IMG/VR virus record: IMGVR_UViG_3300044614_001845
Span: 6,689 to 70,688 of that record
Length of the DNA stretch: 64,000 nt
From: a virus
Strand: one strand, 5' to 3'
The position numbers and the translations under genes were made by a program. The notes beneath the pieces are model-generated. The model was not told the DNA's origin, did no database searches, and saw nothing but the letters and a program-made list of their open reading frames with translations. This document shows positions 47,801-56,166 of the stretch, piece after piece. The number at the start of each line of letters is the position of its first letter. Position 1 is the first letter of the stretch.

Positions 47801-49574
47801 TTTCAAGAATCTGAGAAGATAGAATAGCGCTTTCAACTCTTTTTTTGCCTTCAACCGGCGAAATCTGACCAGTTTTAATTATTTCTGGACGAATCTTGCC
47901 TTCCCGACTTTTTCTTTCTCGGTCTACTTCGGAGGCAATTGTTCTTGCAACAGTGAAACGCTTTTCATCAATAGCAAGACGCGCTTCGTCAAGATCAAGA
48001 AGTAGCTTTTTCTTCTGTAACTCATTGATTAAGCCTTTTTCGGCGGCTATTTGAATTCTCGTCTCGGCGCCAGACACCCTTTCTAGGGCCGAACTAAATC
48101 TTTCTCCAGCAAGGCGATCTTGTTTTTCTGTAATCTGTCTTGCTTTTTCTGCGGCAGCACGAGCCCTTACCTCTGCTCCGCCTCCAAGAACGGTCGCAAA
48201 TGGACGCTCGCCCGCTGCGCCACCCTTGCTCAATTCTTTGTTTCTATCTTTAATTTCACGAATCTGCCTCTTCAGTTCAACTGTTTGTTTTTTTGCCGCT
48301 TCAATTGAGCCAACACTTGTGTCTTGGTAGATTTTATCAATTTTATTTCTTAGCTCAAGCGCTTCATTTTGATCTAATGTTATTTTGGTTAGCTCGTACT
48401 CAAGATCAATGAGCTTGTCTACCTGCTGTTCTTGTTTTTTGCCAAGATTTTCTTGATATTTTGCACGCTTAGCAGCAGATTGGATACTGAACTGCGGCAG
48501 CAATTCTGATTTTCCCTGAGGAGCGGCAATCCCATCAGCAATAGCTTTTGCAAGACCGGAAGACTGTCCACGCAGGCCAGCAAATCTTTGCTCAAGCTGC
48601 TGCAGTTCGCCGTTTACATCATTGATGACTCCTTCAAGAAGATTCCACTCAGAGCTATCAAATGGAACAAGTGACTGAAGACTTGACGCCTGCGAAATGT
48701 AATCAGAAAGAGCAGCTCTTGATTTTGTGATTGCGCCATATGACTCAACAAAGGTTCCAATCAGTGACCTTGCGCCAGCCAAGCTTTCTTGACTGCCAAT
48801 TCTTTGCGCGGTCCTAGATCGAGCATTTTGCTCCTGCGGAAGCGCAAGTCCCTCCGCAAGCGCTTTTAACTGCTGCTGGCGTCCCTCAAAAATTTTCTGA
48901 TTGGCAACCTGTGAGGCAAGTACAAAGCGATTGAATTGCTTTGATGCGATCTCGGAGTTACTTGCAACAAGAGAAAGCGCCTCCGCCTGGCTTCGCAGTT
49001 GAGCAATACTTCCACTGCCTTGACTTGCTGCTACTTTTCCTGTTACGGGTGTCCTTGTTTGATACCTACCAAGCTTTAGATATTCGTCAGAAAGATCAGT
49101 AAGGGCTACCGTAAGTCTTTGAATTTGCTTGGTTTCGTCTAAATACCTCTGAGCGCCAGGTAATTTACTTTCTTGCCTTTGGAGTCTCTCTTCTAGTTGC
49201 CCTCTTTTTTTCTTTGCCTCAGTTAGCTTACCCTCTAGCTGCAATGACTTAAGCAATGCGTCAATATGTTTTTGACTGCCAACCGTTAGCTGCGATATTG
49301 CTTTATTAGCAGATATGAAATCTTTTTCAAGATTTTTGACAACTCTGTCATAGCTATTGTAATCTTTCTGTGCTTCGCGTATAGATTTTCTTACTTCTGA
49401 AAGCCCATCTGTTGCTGCATCAAGAGCAATATTTGCTTTGTTTATATCTAACTTAATCGGCGATGAGTTAATGCCATTTACAATTGATTCAAGTCGGCTT
49501 ACATTTTGAATTAGCCTTTCAAGCTTGGAACCGCCTTTTACTTCAAGATTAACAGAGGCGCTAATTCCAGCCAC
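41835..49574 (-). CDS. tape measure protein
   Basis: 2579-aa helical protein; Gly-rich hydrophobic segment; C-terminal GLMGEAGPEAIIPL. Confidence 0.92.
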   Translation of the reverse strand: MAGISASVNLEVKGGSKLERLIQNVSRLESIVNGINSSPIKLDINKANIALDAATDGLSEVRKSIREAQKDYNSYDRVVKNLEKDFISANKAISQLTVGSQKHIDALLKSLQLEGKLTEAKKKRGQLEERLQRQESKLPGAQRYLDETKQIQRLTVALTDLSDEYLKLGRYQTRTPVTGKVAASQGSGSIAQLRSQAEALSLVASNSEIASKQFNRFVLASQVANQKIFEGRQQQLKALAEGLALPQEQNARSRTAQRIGSQESLAGARSLIGTFVESYGAITKSRAALSDYISQASSLQSLVPFDSSEWNLLEGVINDVNGELQQLEQRFAGLRGQSSGLAKAIADGIAAPQGKSELLPQFSIQSAAKRAKYQENLGKKQEQQVDKLIDLEYELTKITLDQNEALELRNKIDKIYQDTSVGSIEAAKKQTVELKRQIREIKDRNKELSKGGAAGERPFATVLGGGAEVRARAAAEKARQITEKQDRLAGERFSSALERVSGAETRIQIAAEKGLINELQKKKLLLDLDEARLAIDEKRFTVARTIASEVDRERKSREGKIRPEIIKTGQISPVEGKKRVESAILSSQILERQLLSAQKEGLDVARELSAVRDAIANAGSDDYQNTKKTLNTLLDVNEIAAKRLRLEKLISEAQQPKSIRGTTIRGGEALGLDAPRRLRYTLASGAVIEQGLINLQRKGVDVTSELNSLQQALNNAKREDYVITQNNLDALTEQVGLAGRYVSLQKQILAGQGGSGRRSGEAGSGLEQAIESLGNARAAREKFLGGVSPAQGIDKIVREFNTGKPGKGAGANVVSALVSEARAGIPKAVGAGEALGEAVEDGLNKGLEIQSPSRVAIRAMENVIDTAVNTARAGKAAVRAAVEDLFAPKLGNVLKAPLSGSVAGGQDLIEKLANFAGRTSAKPSLFRQLAQLAGPEILSSNVLPQAMQRKAFEAGKILPETRLLPLDERRLLRGNAAAPGGGLEQAITDAAIRAVSKTGAFTGPLSSVIRSQGAISSSLFAPLSQGPVGLGGTGLFSIRPQAAIGAPGSAFPFQRYQMGGAQQFPVDGPISALGGLGTRSDASRAVSESIKKYRDAVNNFWEGEDSQFSAISNIVKSSAQLGGAKLARKLTESGRGAGLSSVTDVITGEKRLGASSAVANVSQRVSDSLLNSLEALGFTIADKFENAIDRVRNAIPSLFDSIGGMLPPGGFGGGGRAGAGGGAGDFGRRFEEAVAQGPEAVLGLKELAKPATASIKELEALSAVLKEFRAILDPTSEGFDRLEKQLRETAANLDRQLERRAPDADFLTRRFGSRGGRAVSEGLVGGAFPLLFGQGLGASVLGGLGGAAGGFAGGGLGFGLSLVGTALGTAFDTAVQGATELGAALTDTTATFDKVKERALFSSTQTEKFAGKLQEAGLVASAAVISQQEIISKIGRTGVQSLQQLAGSSDRLNRAWAEFSLQLQTALAGPMAGLLEWVSKVLNLANQESRSRAAVADIGAGLSGTKKQEFEQRRIDIEMRRGGIGASILRDLGIGNFLSDEEANNLRAQLVDEFKDFSVPVKLKPAADATQKTEQEIAILTKKLETTDIGKSLKDQVRQAAREQRDLDKQRADLVRSYEESISQIRQDVESRILQQRRENAETEIDLRARSAELELAKIKQANQEFRGLFADTTAGQVTDQLLNAVETVAQIQNDSATQRAKLELDIQNSVVDTEKYKIQIADQVSKLNLDTAQKVSDINEQVRQRNEEYDSTRFTLEKKIAQFKLSQERISFESKIKGFEVALKQSKALGETDAAQGIQNAIDVYRAQLDAIKKGEGEIKAISAPGKLKGVGAVGGSSVSTRGISEALQAGNNLKVALQDIAGLISQIDSETALSSITDQLDKQIISSSKLFEQYRQGGGVRSKDLAAEQVLVDAINQQIQSQIGKNDELVKRLQALLNLENGRPAIINKIRQAQDETFKSDKLIEFTQGNNELKLELEAQMNVFGRLTEVQKLQAEAQVRGIDLSDQHGQALLREAAAADELARKLEAAQQIRSTAESVRGALEQGIQDVFLGATGLGTMQERFDLQREISQFEKLRAKTEEGTDEYKRYTDQINQAKLKMNELSNTGVQVKDALSRMMQGIADAFAEMAAKIVADQILMFVWGSAIKALGLFASIGSAGATSLPGSMGQATNTGLDTGAGNITDMLGGLAAKGAYFNGGIASFGSGGMFTNSIVSSPTLFRFADGGIRKTGLMGEAGPEAIIPLSRGADGRLGVDATGFSDAISEARDALDEASDAMAQGDGTTGLELSGSASDGYGAMGLKSGEAQGKMSRATAMAISDSRGAVEMIKRITQENDAKAAAAAASASPETRELYKLLATKDSNTIREITNNQTGSADGTDQFAAGSQQQLAYGDAISAARGVLASEISGGEPDQMQQVGEAGAITNSREFIEKITDRISSPDSSKKAEASAFGDSRNAVGKSSGSQSAISTKETISALMQARDSRETSSAISQTREVLSSVSSMNKEKNMERVMESNVTAITKPLDIKYESQMINNVEYVTVDQYQRGLAEAAERGRALTLSSLKNSVKARRQIGI

Positions 49575-49610
49575 TTTGATCGACCCAGACTTCTCATCAG
49601 TCTAGCCAGC

Positions 49611-49640
49611 AAGAGAAAAGCCGCCCCGATTGGAGCGGCT
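49611..49640 (-). terminator. intrinsic terminator
   Basis: AGCCGCTCC/GGGGCGGCT stem followed by TTTCTCTT. Confidence 0.7.
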
Positions 49641-49840
49641 ATCGACGAGACTGACGCTTGATCTTCTCCATCTCTTGCTCTTGTCGCCTATTCTTGATTG
49701 CAAAGTAGGCAGACCACAAAAGCATTTCTTCGTCTGTGACCTTAGTTTTTAGTTCAGACAAAGTGCAATGAAGAACTTCGGCGAGAGATAGCTGGAAGAA
49801 CAATCTCCCGTCCGATTCAAGCTCAGACTCAATCGCTTTT
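49639..49840 (-). CDS. tail assembly chaperone frameshift extension (gpT-like)
   Basis: LSLAEVL..TLSEL...TDEE...WSAYF; directly before TMP. Confidence 0.75.
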
Positions 49841-50203
49841 GCTATCAGCTTCTGCTTCGTCCTCGCTATTAGGACGCAGCGCACAAAGGATCAGTTTTTG
49901 CAGATCCTCGTCAAGGATCTCGCGCTTCAGCACAGGAATGTCACCCGGACGGAACAGCTTTTCGCCGTTCTCATCAAGTGCTTTGGAGACAAGTAGCTGC
50001 ATTGCAAAGTCACTAGCGTTGTCAGACCTTGCATCTTTTTGCGCTTTTTCACGTTCGGCTGCTGTCAGCGGCGTAACGTAAAAAACAAACTCATCGCCAT
50101 TGCTGAGCAGGACTTCCTGCTTGATCGGCTCAAAATTTGCTGCTTTACGAAGACGGTCGATAGCCCTGATAGGACCAGTGGCTTGGGCTGGTGCGTTTGC
50201 CAT
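49829..50203 (-). CDS. tail assembly chaperone (gpG-like)
   Basis: PLTAAEREKAQ...KALDENGEKLF. Confidence 0.85.
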   Translation of the reverse strand: MANAPAQATGPIRAIDRLRKAANFEPIKQEVLLSNGDEFVFYVTPLTAAEREKAQKDARSDNASDFAMQLLVSKALDENGEKLFRPGDIPVLKREILDEDLQKLILCALRPNSEDEAEADSKSD

Positions 50204-50257
50204 AAAGGAAACATGGTCAGCCCGAAGCCTACTGCATTATCATCTAATTGACAATAA

Positions 50258-51577
50258 TCAGCGCGTTACCTCTTCCCAATCAACATTTCCATAGATGCTG
50301 CTGGAAGCAGTGTCACAGGAAACGGCAACAGTAAACGTCTGCGGAACAGAAGTAAAGCTATTCCTCTCAAGCTGAAGCTCAAAGATCTCTTGGCGCAGAA
50401 TGTTTGCCATTGAGGTTGACTGGTTAGAAGACGAGAAGTAGCCAGAGGCAACCACGTCACCACCAGTCAAAGAGGTTGAAGTGATGTTGTATTCAACAGA
50501 GGAGTCATCTCCCCCGCTCACCCAAGTACCACCAGTTACGGCACCACCCAAAATAACTTCCCACTTGTAGTTATGGCCATTGCCAACTCCCAAAAGAGAT
50601 GCGGCGGTGGGAATGACGATAGAAGAAAGCTCAGTGGTCTTTAGTCGCAGCGAAACAACTGGATATTTTACACCAGCAGTTGCCAGTGTATAAATTGAAT
50701 TAATCGCGGTGCCAATTGTTTTTTGTTGGCCGCGCAACTCGTAGCCACCTTCAGAAAGAACCGTCGAACAGATTTGCTTGAACGTACTGGAGCTAGCAGT
50801 AGCTGCAGTATTTGTAATTTCGTAGCGAATCGGCAGGCAAGCAGTTCCAATATGCGTTGTGCTCAAAATGTTTGCATGATGAAACTCATGGCAAACAACA
50901 GGCTCTCCATTAATTACAAAACCCATGCGCACAGTTCCAACACCAAGCCACTCGATGTCGGTAAACATAATTTGCGCTGCATCCACATCAAGCGTGATGC
51001 GAGAAGCGCCATTGCCATCAAGCCTGTCAACGTTCCATCCCGTATCACTTCCGCCGTAAACACCGCCAAAGCGGCTAATTTTTGTTTCTACGACAGAGCC
51101 GCTAGTAGAAGTACGGCGAACAAAACAAAGGCTGTTTTCATCGGCCCCAAGCTCAAGATAGTAGCCACTGACGGTATCAAAATAGCCAACGCGCTGACGA
51201 AGCCCTGTTTTCGGCGTAGCAAAAACAAAGCTATTCATCACAAGCAACGACTTGCCAGGCTGATAAGCAAATACCCGCTTGGTTTCACGCAGTACCTGAG
51301 ATCCAGAAGCTGTCGTTACGGCAAGATCAACGGAACCATGATTCGCATTGAAGCTAGTGGAGCCACTCGTTGCTGTTGAAGTATTCCAAAGCCCGTTATC
51401 AGCAAAACGATGGCTGGAATCAAACAGAGTCAACGGCGCAGAAATGCGCAGTCTTCCAAAAGCATCAACAGACGACCTTGAGAAACTTGCATCAACAGCA
51501 AGGCGTCCTTCATCAGTAGCGCCAATCTCTTTTGCGGCGCCAGTCGGCAAAGTACCGTGAACAACAGCATCAGGCAT
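50258..51577 (-). CDS. virion structural protein (lectin-like)
   Basis: VDAFGRLR, YQPGKS, IEWLGVG.VR.GF motifs typical of cyanophage virion proteins. Confidence 0.7.
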   Translation of the reverse strand: MPDAVVHGTLPTGAAKEIGATDEGRLAVDASFSRSSVDAFGRLRISAPLTLFDSSHRFADNGLWNTSTATSGSTSFNANHGSVDLAVTTASGSQVLRETKRVFAYQPGKSLLVMNSFVFATPKTGLRQRVGYFDTVSGYYLELGADENSLCFVRRTSTSGSVVETKISRFGGVYGGSDTGWNVDRLDGNGASRITLDVDAAQIMFTDIEWLGVGTVRMGFVINGEPVVCHEFHHANILSTTHIGTACLPIRYEITNTAATASSSTFKQICSTVLSEGGYELRGQQKTIGTAINSIYTLATAGVKYPVVSLRLKTTELSSIVIPTAASLLGVGNGHNYKWEVILGGAVTGGTWVSGGDDSSVEYNITSTSLTGGDVVASGYFSSSNQSTSMANILRQEIFELQLERNSFTSVPQTFTVAVSCDTASSSIYGNVDWEEVTR

Positions 51578-51594
51578 GACGAAACTCCTAAAAG

Positions 51595-51618
51595 AAAAAA
51601 GCCCCGCCGAAGCGGGGC
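51595..51618 (-). terminator. intrinsic terminator
   Basis: GCCCCGC-TTCG-GCGGGGC-TTTTTT. Confidence 0.9.
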
Positions 51619-51635
51619 ATGGACTTAACTCAAGC

Positions 51636-52430
51636 TCAAGCGACAGCGCTGAGATCGAAGGTCGGCTGATCCACAGGACGGAAGTTGATGCTCACCTGCT
51701 GGCCATCATCCGGGTTAACGGCGAGAGAAGCAGAGGTCAGAGCAACCTGCATGTAGATCGAACGGCTCAGGGCATTGCTGACCGTGCCACCGCTGATCAC
51801 TTGGTCAACATAAAGACGGACGCTGGCGCCAACCTGCTTACGCAGCAGCACGTCTTGGATGATCCGGTTTGCAGTGGAGGCATCCTCATCCGTCATGTAA
51901 ACGGTTGCAGAGCCAGTGGCTTCAGCAAAGCCAGGGATGAAGGTACGGAAGGGCACGAACTGGCCAGGAGCTTTACCAATGGTGGTAACGTCGATCTCAG
52001 TACGAGAGATCTCAAGGCTCCAGTCACGAACCTCTGCAACAGAGGAGAAATCGGCGTAGTAAACCTCAAACTTGTTAGGAGAGGCAAGGGTGCCGTCATC
52101 CGAGAAGTTGATGTTTGCACCACCCTGAGTAGCAGCAACAGTCAGGGCGCCAGTTCCATTGTTGTAGGAAGTGACGTAGTAGGTGCTGCTGGTGCTCAGG
52201 CTGCCAGAAGACAGAGCAGGCATCACGTTGGACGCATCAGGCGTCACGGTTACGCCTGTAGTCGGGTTATAAATACGGAACTTGACAGGATCGCCCGCAA
52301 GGAAGTTCAGGGAGGGGCTGATCGAGATCACATCAGTGGTGGTATTGATGGCAGTTTCGATGAAGCCATCAATCGTACCGGCTGGCTTGTAGTAAAAAGC
52401 GCCGGAAATGCCGGACAGAACGGTTGCCAT
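51636..52430 (-). CDS. major tail protein
   Basis: VAEVRDWSLEISRTEIDVTT; strong codon bias; own terminator. Confidence 0.85.
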   Translation of the reverse strand: MATVLSGISGAFYYKPAGTIDGFIETAINTTTDVISISPSLNFLAGDPVKFRIYNPTTGVTVTPDASNVMPALSSGSLSTSSTYYVTSYNNGTGALTVAATQGGANINFSDDGTLASPNKFEVYYADFSSVAEVRDWSLEISRTEIDVTTIGKAPGQFVPFRTFIPGFAEATGSATVYMTDEDASTANRIIQDVLLRKQVGASVRLYVDQVISGGTVSNALSRSIYMQVALTSASLAVNPDDGQQVSINFRPVDQPTFDLSAVA

Positions 52431-52488
52431 GACAAAACAGGGGTAGTGGCTTTAGTGGGCACTGCCCAGCTACAGACAGGCTAGCAAT

Positions 52489-52917
52489 TCATTTCACACT
52501 TGCCTGCCAACCTGTATCAAGCCTTCCCATAAAATGAGAGTAGTCATCAAGTGTTTGAAAGAATGGCCCTCTAATTTCACTCGTTCTTACATAAACACCA
52601 GAAGATGTTTTCTTTGATAAATTTATTTCATCAATAACACCTTTCGCAACTTCTAGCATTTTCTGACAGCGAGCCGGTCCGTATCCCTTTTCAGAGAAGC
52701 ATCGAATAATCAAAGCACCTCTTGGATAATCCCAAGACCTAGCAAGCGCAGACTCAGTGGTGACACCAAAAGTTAGGTTGACTCGCACGTATTCTTTTGG
52801 TGGATCAGGCGGAACAAAAGTGATATTGTCGAAATAGACAGGGATTGGAGGAGTTTGCGAATTAAAGGCGCTGAGCAGTGGGCCTTCAATTTTGGCGCGA
52901 ATGGCTTGATAGTTCAT
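52489..52917 (-). CDS. tail terminator-like protein
   Basis: MNYQAIRA...PVYFDN...; position. Confidence 0.7.
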   Translation of the reverse strand: MNYQAIRAKIEGPLLSAFNSQTPPIPVYFDNITFVPPDPPKEYVRVNLTFGVTTESALARSWDYPRGALIIRCFSEKGYGPARCQKMLEVAKGVIDEINLSKKTSSGVYVRTSEIRGPFFQTLDDYSHFMGRLDTGWQASVK

Positions 52918-53534
52918 CAGAAAGCTGCTTCGTATCCAAACTTGAATCCGACCTTCAGGTCCCTTTGCAATCCTCCGCCCTCCATATAAGTCTGAAACCA
53001 ATCCTTCGGAGCGGTTCTACTTGAATTTGCGTCTGGATCATTTTCATCAACAATTCCACCAATTGAATATCTAATCCCAGGACGCGGCTGCGCATCTCCA
53101 TGGACCCATTTACTTTCGTCAATAGGTCTTGAAGGATTACCGGGCCTTATAAACTTGGCCTCTTCTTCATCAATAGCAATTGAAGCGTGAGGCGACGTAT
53201 TGACTATATTGAACTTTGTGACGCCATTTTTTATAAATCTCTCGATATCTCTTACAGGAACATCGCTTTTTGTGTATCTGTAGATCTGCCCAGTTACGCC
53301 AGGCGTATCAGGGGTTACTCCAGCTGGTGCAAATCCCCACGATGCTGAAAATTCACCCGTCCAAGCAGGACCAATTTCGGCAAGAGTATTCATTGACTCG
53401 ATGGCAAAACCTTGAATGCCGCGAGCAAGCTCCTTATCTAACTGCCTCCTAAGATCTGCCGCTGCTCCTTTTTCTGCAGCAGCAGAATAAGAAGCAAGTT
53501 GCCTTGAAGTTGCACGCCGAGCCCTTCTTACCAT
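52917..53534 (-). CDS. neck/tail completion protein (HK97 gp10-like)
   Basis: GPAWTG.F..SW; position. Confidence 0.65.
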   Translation of the reverse strand: MVRRARRATSRQLASYSAAAEKGAAADLRRQLDKELARGIQGFAIESMNTLAEIGPAWTGEFSASWGFAPAGVTPDTPGVTGQIYRYTKSDVPVRDIERFIKNGVTKFNIVNTSPHASIAIDEEEAKFIRPGNPSRPIDESKWVHGDAQPRPGIRYSIGGIVDENDPDANSSRTAPKDWFQTYMEGGGLQRDLKVGFKFGYEAAF

Positions 53535-53535
53535 T

Positions 53536-53913
53536 TCAACCAAGCCTCGCAACTACTGAGTGCATTATAGGATTGTCGCCACGGTACGAAAACATGCCAA
53601 TAATTTTTGCAGTGCGAGTAGAGCCATTTTGCAAATACTTAATTGAATCAGTCGTCTGCGGATAATACCCAGACAGAGCATCGGCAGCAAAAATAATTTT
53701 TACATCAGTCTGCTGATAAAGCCCCTGCATCTCTTCTGGCTTTAATTCAGAAATGACAATCTTGATCGGAATCTCCGAGGAGTATCCCATCACAGTCCCG
53801 GTCTCAGGATTGTATGTTTGATTCTGAGATGCTTTTACATAAGTCGCATTGATTCCAAACTGACTAATCAGTGGCCCTGGAATCGAAGAAAAAATGCTGT
53901 CAACAAGTGCCAT
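53536..53913 (-). CDS. head closure protein
   Basis: TYNPETG; position. Confidence 0.7.
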   Translation of the reverse strand: MALVDSIFSSIPGPLISQFGINATYVKASQNQTYNPETGTVMGYSSEIPIKIVISELKPEEMQGLYQQTDVKIIFAADALSGYYPQTTDSIKYLQNGSTRTAKIIGMFSYRGDNPIMHSVVARLG

Positions 53914-53919
53914 GGCTCA

Positions 53920-54579
53920 TCACAGCGGATTGCTGTACCACCCGCCACGAGCAGGGAACACCTGCCCACCAGCAAAGCGAATGCGATTGGGCCTAAATGC
54001 AGCGTTTCCGTAGTAAGGATCAATCCTTGCAGTGCTACTGCGACTCACGTAAGGCTGGTTTAAGCTGGGATCAATCATGTAACGATACAAAATATCCATC
54101 GCAAACGGCGGAATGTAATCAACGCCGGTCTGCGGCATATCGCCTTGCTTGAACTTTACGCGCAGCGCCCCATCGCCAAGTTCGACTTCTTCGTATTGAT
54201 TCGTACCGAGAAGATTTGCGCCGCCATCATTCACAGCAACTGCTGTATAACCACCACCACTTCCAAGAAACGCAGCCATGTAAGCAACTGCAATTTCAAA
54301 ATCAATGGGAAGAGTCTCAGTTGTAAGCTGTCGCCCATCAATTTTGATCAGTCGCGGCCAAGACAACGATTGCGTTTCATCAAGAATTCGCCCCTTCCAC
54401 TTCAAGGGGTTGATTGTCATCGTTGCAGCAACAAGCGTCTGCTCTTTTTGCGTATTATTCAACGCAAGCCAAGCTGTAATACCGGCGCTTGCTGGCAATT
54501 CACCAAGTAGCGACGTGGCCCTCGCAACGCTCAGGAAGGAGTTGGCATTAGCAGCTCCCAGTGTCGATACGAAGGCCAT
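53920..54579 (-). CDS. head-tail adaptor (DnaT-like family)
   Basis: ANSFLSV...L..AT...WKG...QSLSWPR. Confidence 0.75.
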   Translation of the reverse strand: MAFVSTLGAANANSFLSVARATSLLGELPASAGITAWLALNNTQKEQTLVAATMTINPLKWKGRILDETQSLSWPRLIKIDGRQLTTETLPIDFEIAVAYMAAFLGSGGGYTAVAVNDGGANLLGTNQYEEVELGDGALRVKFKQGDMPQTGVDYIPPFAMDILYRYMIDPSLNQPYVSRSSTARIDPYYGNAAFRPNRIRFAGGQVFPARGGWYSNPL

Positions 54580-54598
54580 GTGCGTGCCTCTCTAGGGC

Positions 54599-54766
54599 TC
54601 AGCCCTTGACAGTAGTGGTCTTGGACTTGGCAGTGCTCACAGGTGCCTTCTTGGGCTCCTCAGCGGGCACTGGTGCAGGACAAGCGGCAGGAGCTTCGGC
54701 CTCAGCCTCTACTTGCAGCTTTGCCTCTTCTTGCTCACGAGCAAGTCGGAAAGTGGTAATCGACAT
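54599..54766 (-). CDS. small Ala/Pro/Glu-rich protein after capsid (not in ORF track)
   Basis: MSITTFRLAREQEEAK...KTTTVKG. Confidence 0.65.
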   Translation of the reverse strand: MSITTFRLAREQEEAKLQVEAEAEAPAACPAPVPAEEPKKAPVSTAKSKTTTVKG

Positions 54767-54785
54767 GGCAGTTACTTGATAGTTG

Positions 54786-54806
54786 AAAGCCCCTCCGAAG
54801 AGGGGC
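54786..54806 (-). terminator. intrinsic terminator after capsid gene
   Basis: GCCCCTC-TTCG-GAGGGGC-TTT. Confidence 0.8.
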
Positions 54807-54823
54807 CGTTACTACAGCAACGA

Positions 54824-55807
54824 TCAGATGTAGCAGCGCAGCTGCGTGATCCGAATGTTGCGGTTGTCGGTGAACACCTTGCTCCAGTTGGAACCAGTAG
54901 CAAGCTCGGCATTGGAAGGCGAGTTGCCAGCGGCATTACCAACCCAGCTGATACCGTTGGGATGCACCAGATAGTGCGTCCGGTTGATCAGGTAGTCGAT
55001 ACCCTTCAGGGAATCGCGGTCGGTTTCCAGAGGAGACTTGGCAGGAGCAGTTGCAAAAGCAAATGCGCCAGGGCCAAAGAAGTAGGTGTGCAGCACGTCA
55101 GCACCACCAGTGCCAGCGCCAGCATCGACAGGCAGGGTGTCATCAACGAACACCGGGCGACCCAGATAGGTACCCAGCTCAAGACGTTGAGCGGACAGGC
55201 GGGTGTCGAGCTGAGAGGTACTGGAAGCAGGAACAATCAGATCCAGCTTCATCAGGGCGTAATACACACGGGAGTGCATCAGAACGCCAGTCAGCTCCTG
55301 ACCTGCATCACCCAGCTTGGCGATAGCATCAACCATCACGCTCTGAGAGAGCTGAGTGGAAGTGCCGCCAGCAGCGTGAGAAGAGGTCAGAGGACCGCCA
55401 GTTGCAAACAGACCCTTGATCACGTTGATCAGGGAAGTTTGCATGTCACGCACCCAGTACTGACCGGTGCGACGAGCAATGGCCTGCATGGGATCCGAAC
55501 CAGCCAGTTCACCAGCCAGGTCCGAGGCTTTCCAAGCCTTACCACGCATGTTGCGAACGCCGGTCTGCACATCACCAGCCAGAGTGGCGGCGGTCAGACC
55601 AACGGTGTCGTCAAGGATCTCCGAATCGCCGGAGAGGTCACCGAAGAAAGGCAGATCAATCGTCTTGCCGCCTTTGGCGAACTCAGCCTGAATAGCGGAG
55701 TTAGTAACCATCAGGCCAGAAGTGACCAGAGCGTTACGGTTTTGCAGCTCCTCCTGCTGGTATTCCAGGAAAAGCTGAGGAATGAAGGGAATGCCAGCGA
55801 GGAGCAT
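54824..55807 (-). CDS. major capsid protein
   Basis: GGKTIDLPFF.DL.G, RGKAW...DLA..LAGSDPM, YLGRPVFVDD, ETDRD, HPNG.SW. Confidence 0.92.
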   Translation of the reverse strand: MLLAGIPFIPQLFLEYQQEELQNRNALVTSGLMVTNSAIQAEFAKGGKTIDLPFFGDLSGDSEILDDTVGLTAATLAGDVQTGVRNMRGKAWKASDLAGELAGSDPMQAIARRTGQYWVRDMQTSLINVIKGLFATGGPLTSSHAAGGTSTQLSQSVMVDAIAKLGDAGQELTGVLMHSRVYYALMKLDLIVPASSTSQLDTRLSAQRLELGTYLGRPVFVDDTLPVDAGAGTGGADVLHTYFFGPGAFAFATAPAKSPLETDRDSLKGIDYLINRTHYLVHPNGISWVGNAAGNSPSNAELATGSNWSKVFTDNRNIRITQLRCYI

Positions 55808-55842
55808 TGTCTTTGCCTCAAGTGAAAGTATGAACGAGTGCC

Positions 55843-55921
55843 AGCAGCACTGCTGCTAAGCAAAAGCTTGCGGTACAACCGCGATGCGAGCACTGGGCTC
55901 GACTTCACGAGGCACGGCCTC
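55843..55921 (-). promoter_or_regulatory. four tandem pentaloop hairpins in capsid leader
   Basis: GAGG-CCGTG-CCTC, CGAGC-CCAGT-GCTCG, GCGG-TTGTA-CCGC, AGCAG-CAGTG-CTGCT. Confidence 0.65.
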
Positions 55922-55957
55922 TAACGATCAAAGAATAGCAAGAAGCCGGAGCAGTGA

Positions 55958-56146
55958 TCACTTTTTCTTGTAGGCAGGCTTGCCTTTTTTCTTGGCTGGC
56001 TTTTTAGCCATTCCACTTTCGCTGGCAGCAATAGCAGCGGCCTGCGCACGAGTCGTTACCTTTTTACCCGAAGACGACTTCAGGGTTCCGGCGTAGAACT
56101 CACGCATGACTTTTGCAAACTTGTCCTGAGACTTGCTCTTTTTCAT
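55958..56146 (-). CDS. small basic protein
   Basis: KVMREF.AGTLKSSSGKKV..R.QA.AIA.SE. Confidence 0.75.
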   Translation of the reverse strand: MKKSKSQDKFAKVMREFYAGTLKSSSGKKVTTRAQAAAIAASESGMAKKPAKKKGKPAYKKK

Positions 56147-56166
56147 GACGAGTAAAGCAATTTAAT

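Noticed and set aside
51576-52484. 302-aa plus-strand ORF antisense to the major tail gene
   Set aside because: Same shadow effect; it also crosses a terminator and leader
54713-55825. 370-aa plus-strand ORF antisense to the capsid gene
   Set aside because: Shadow frame expected from strong codon bias of the capsid gene; no protein-like motifs
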